From: Candidatus Saccharicenans subterraneus
Lineage (GTDB): Bacteria > Acidobacteriota > Aminicenantia > Aminicenantales > Saccharicenantaceae
DNA length: 64,000 nt
Assembly: GCA_003426165.1 (NCBI GenBank)
Contig: QUAH01000006.1
Span: 134,685 to 198,684, forward strand
Direction: 5' to 3'
Shown here: positions 62,549-64,000 of the stretch, piece by piece
How the letters are laid out: every line of letters starts with the position of its first letter
Position numbering within the stretch: position 1 is the stretch's first letter
Translations under genes and position numbers: made by a program
Notes under the pieces: generated by a model
Databases searched by the model: none
Seen by the model: the letters and a program-made list of their open reading frames with translations, nothing else
What the model was told of the DNA's origin: nothing

Positions 62549-64000
62549 ATGAGCCAGAACAGAACATATCGCCTGCTATCTCGGCTGGTGGATATCAGAC
62601 CGGAAGAAGTCACCCCTTCTTTGCTGATGTTCTTTTATTTTTTTCTTATTCAGGTTTCTGCTTACATCATTGAGCCCGTAAAGATTTCACTTTACCTGAG
62701 ATGGCTGACCGCCGACCGCCTCCCCTATGCCTACCTGCTGTCGGCCCTGTTGATCGGGCTGGCCGTAGCCTTCAATTCCGAGTTACTCCAGAGAATCAGG
62801 AGATCATATTACCTGGCCTTTAGTCTGCTGTTTTTCATTTCGACCCTGATTCTCTTCTGGTTTCTCTTTCGGATTCACTGGCCCTGGCTGTCGCTGATCT
62901 ACTGGTTCTGGTCCGACCTGTTCATGGTTACCACCACCACCCAGTTCTGGATCATGGTCAATGACCTTTACCATCCGCACCAGGCCAAGCGACTCATTGG
63001 CTTCCTGGTCAGTGGTGGCCTGCTGGGAGGCGTGAGCGGAGCCCTGCTGGCCTCGCGCCTGGCCAGGCACCTCGGCACGGAAAATCTTCTTCTGATCTGC
63101 CCGGTTCTTCTGCTGTTCTGCCTGGTCATCATCTATTTTTATGCCAGGCTGCCAGGCAAGGAAGAGAAACAGTCCACCGCCTCTGGCGCCAGGAGCTCTC
63201 CCCTGGCCACCTGGCGGGAAATCCGGTCCAGCCGTTACCTGTCCCTTCTGGCGGCCATCGTAGCCCTGGGCATGATCATAACCACCCTGGTGGACTTTCA
63301 GTTTGTTTCGGTAGTTGGTTCAAGATTTACCGAACAGGACGCCAGGACCTCTTTCCTGGGCAGTTTTCTGACAGTCCTTCTGGTTTTTTCCTATCTTCTT
63401 CACGTGACCATGACGACCAGGATTTTAAGGCAGTCCGGCCTCCGGCTGGCCCTGCTCATCGCTCCCGCTTTCCTGCTACTAAGCTCGCTGGCCATCTTCT
63501 TTGTTCCGGCCACCTATTTGATTTACTGGGCGGTCCTTATCAAAGGAACCGACAAGAGTCTAAGCTATTCACTCAACCAATCGGTCCGGGAATTACTTTA
63601 CGTCCCGGTCTCGCCGGAAATTAAGTACCGGGCCAAAGTTTTCATCGACATGTTTGTTTCCAAGTTTGCCAAGGGCTTTAGCTCCATCATTCTTCTGGTC
63701 GGTTTCACTCTTCTGCATTTCAACCTCAAGCAGATAAGCCTGGTTACCGTTGCCTTCATCATTCTCTGGTTTATGTTCAACCTGGAAATTGCCCGTGAAT
63801 ACGTTAATACCGTCAAGAAAAACTTAAAAATAAAATGGCAGGATGCCCACCTGGTTATCAATGAGAAGATCGACCTAGACCTGACCAAGCTGGTCTTTGA
63901 TACCCTGGAGAGCAAGAAGCGAAGCTCCGTTCTCTATGCCATGAACCTGATGAACCTGCTGAAGACCGAGAAATTGAGCCCTGAACTGAAAGAGATAATA
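62549..64000 (+). CDS. Second TLC-family translocase homolog (HEAT-fusion paralog), 3' end truncated by the window edge
   Basis: MSQNRTYRLLSRLVDIRPEEV... parallels the N-terminus of the preceding gene. TDKSLSYSLNQSVRELLYVPVSPEIKYRAKVFIDMF signature. No stop before the window end. Confidence 0.5.
   Translation, partial: MSQNRTYRLLSRLVDIRPEEVTPSLLMFFYFFLIQVSAYIIEPVKISLYLRWLTADRLPYAYLLSALLIGLAVAFNSELLQRIRRSYYLAFSLLFFISTLILFWFLFRIHWPWLSLIYWFWSDLFMVTTTTQFWIMVNDLYHPHQAKRLIGFLVSGGLLGGVSGALLASRLARHLGTENLLLICPVLLLFCLVIIYFYARLPGKEEKQSTASGARSSPLATWREIRSSRYLSLLAAIVALGMIITTLVDFQFVSVVGSRFTEQDARTSFLGSFLTVLLVFSYLLHVTMTTRILRQSGLRLALLIAPAFLLLSSLAIFFVPATYLIYWAVLIKGTDKSLSYSLNQSVRELLYVPVSPEIKYRAKVFIDMFVSKFAKGFSSIILLVGFTLLHFNLKQISLVTVAFIILWFMFNLEIAREYVNTVKKNLKIKWQDAHLVINEKIDLDLTKLVFDTLESKKRSSVLYAMNLMNLLKTEKLSPELKEII

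Overview
High-GC (about 57-58%) bacterial chromosomal segment with no CRISPR arrays, transposases or integrases detected. The centre (10.1-43.2 kb, minus strand) is a complete, contiguous translation/transcription superoperon. In transcription order it runs tRNA-Thr/Tyr/Gly/Thr, tufB-like EF-Tu, rpmG, tRNA-Trp, secE, nusG, rplKAJL, rpoB, rpoC, rpsL, rpsG, fusA and a tufA-like EF-Tu, followed by the S10 operon (rpsJ to rpsQ), the spc operon (rplN to secY, adk, map, infA, rpmJ) and the alpha operon (rpsM, rpsK, rpsD, rpoA, rplQ). The left flank (0-10 kb) is a cell-envelope neighbourhood. It holds a secreted S9 peptidase fused to a Cys-less FGE-like domain, the CCA-adding enzyme, galE, an MltD-like lytic transglycosylase with LysM repeats, a class A beta-lactamase-like protein, and a divergent pair made of an apparently exported L-Ala-D/L-Glu epimerase and an NlpC/P60-SH3b endopeptidase. 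To the right of the superoperon lie an ECF sigma / zinc-finger anti-sigma / LTXXQ (Spy/CpxP-like) operon, a purB-purS-purQ-purL-purN cluster and tyrS. The last 12 kb (52.3-64 kb) looks accessory. It carries four signal-peptide-bearing paralogs whose catalytic motifs match type II phosphatidylinositol 4-kinases (PI3/PI4-kinase fold). Three are in tandem, and the fourth sits in an apparent operon with a TLC-family ATP/ADP translocase homolog and a secreted PPP-family metallophosphatase. The cluster also includes a YjiK/SdiA-regulated-like lipoprotein, a small ABM-like protein, and two further TLC transporter paralogs fused to C-terminal HEAT-repeat domains. The cluster is inserted between the two genes of a RsbW-like kinase / STAS-antagonist partner-switching pair. 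I propose the kinase-like/translocase/phosphatase cluster as a candidate undescribed extracytoplasmic phosphorylation system. This is inferred from motifs and gene context only, and all family assignments come from reading the translations by eye without database searches.
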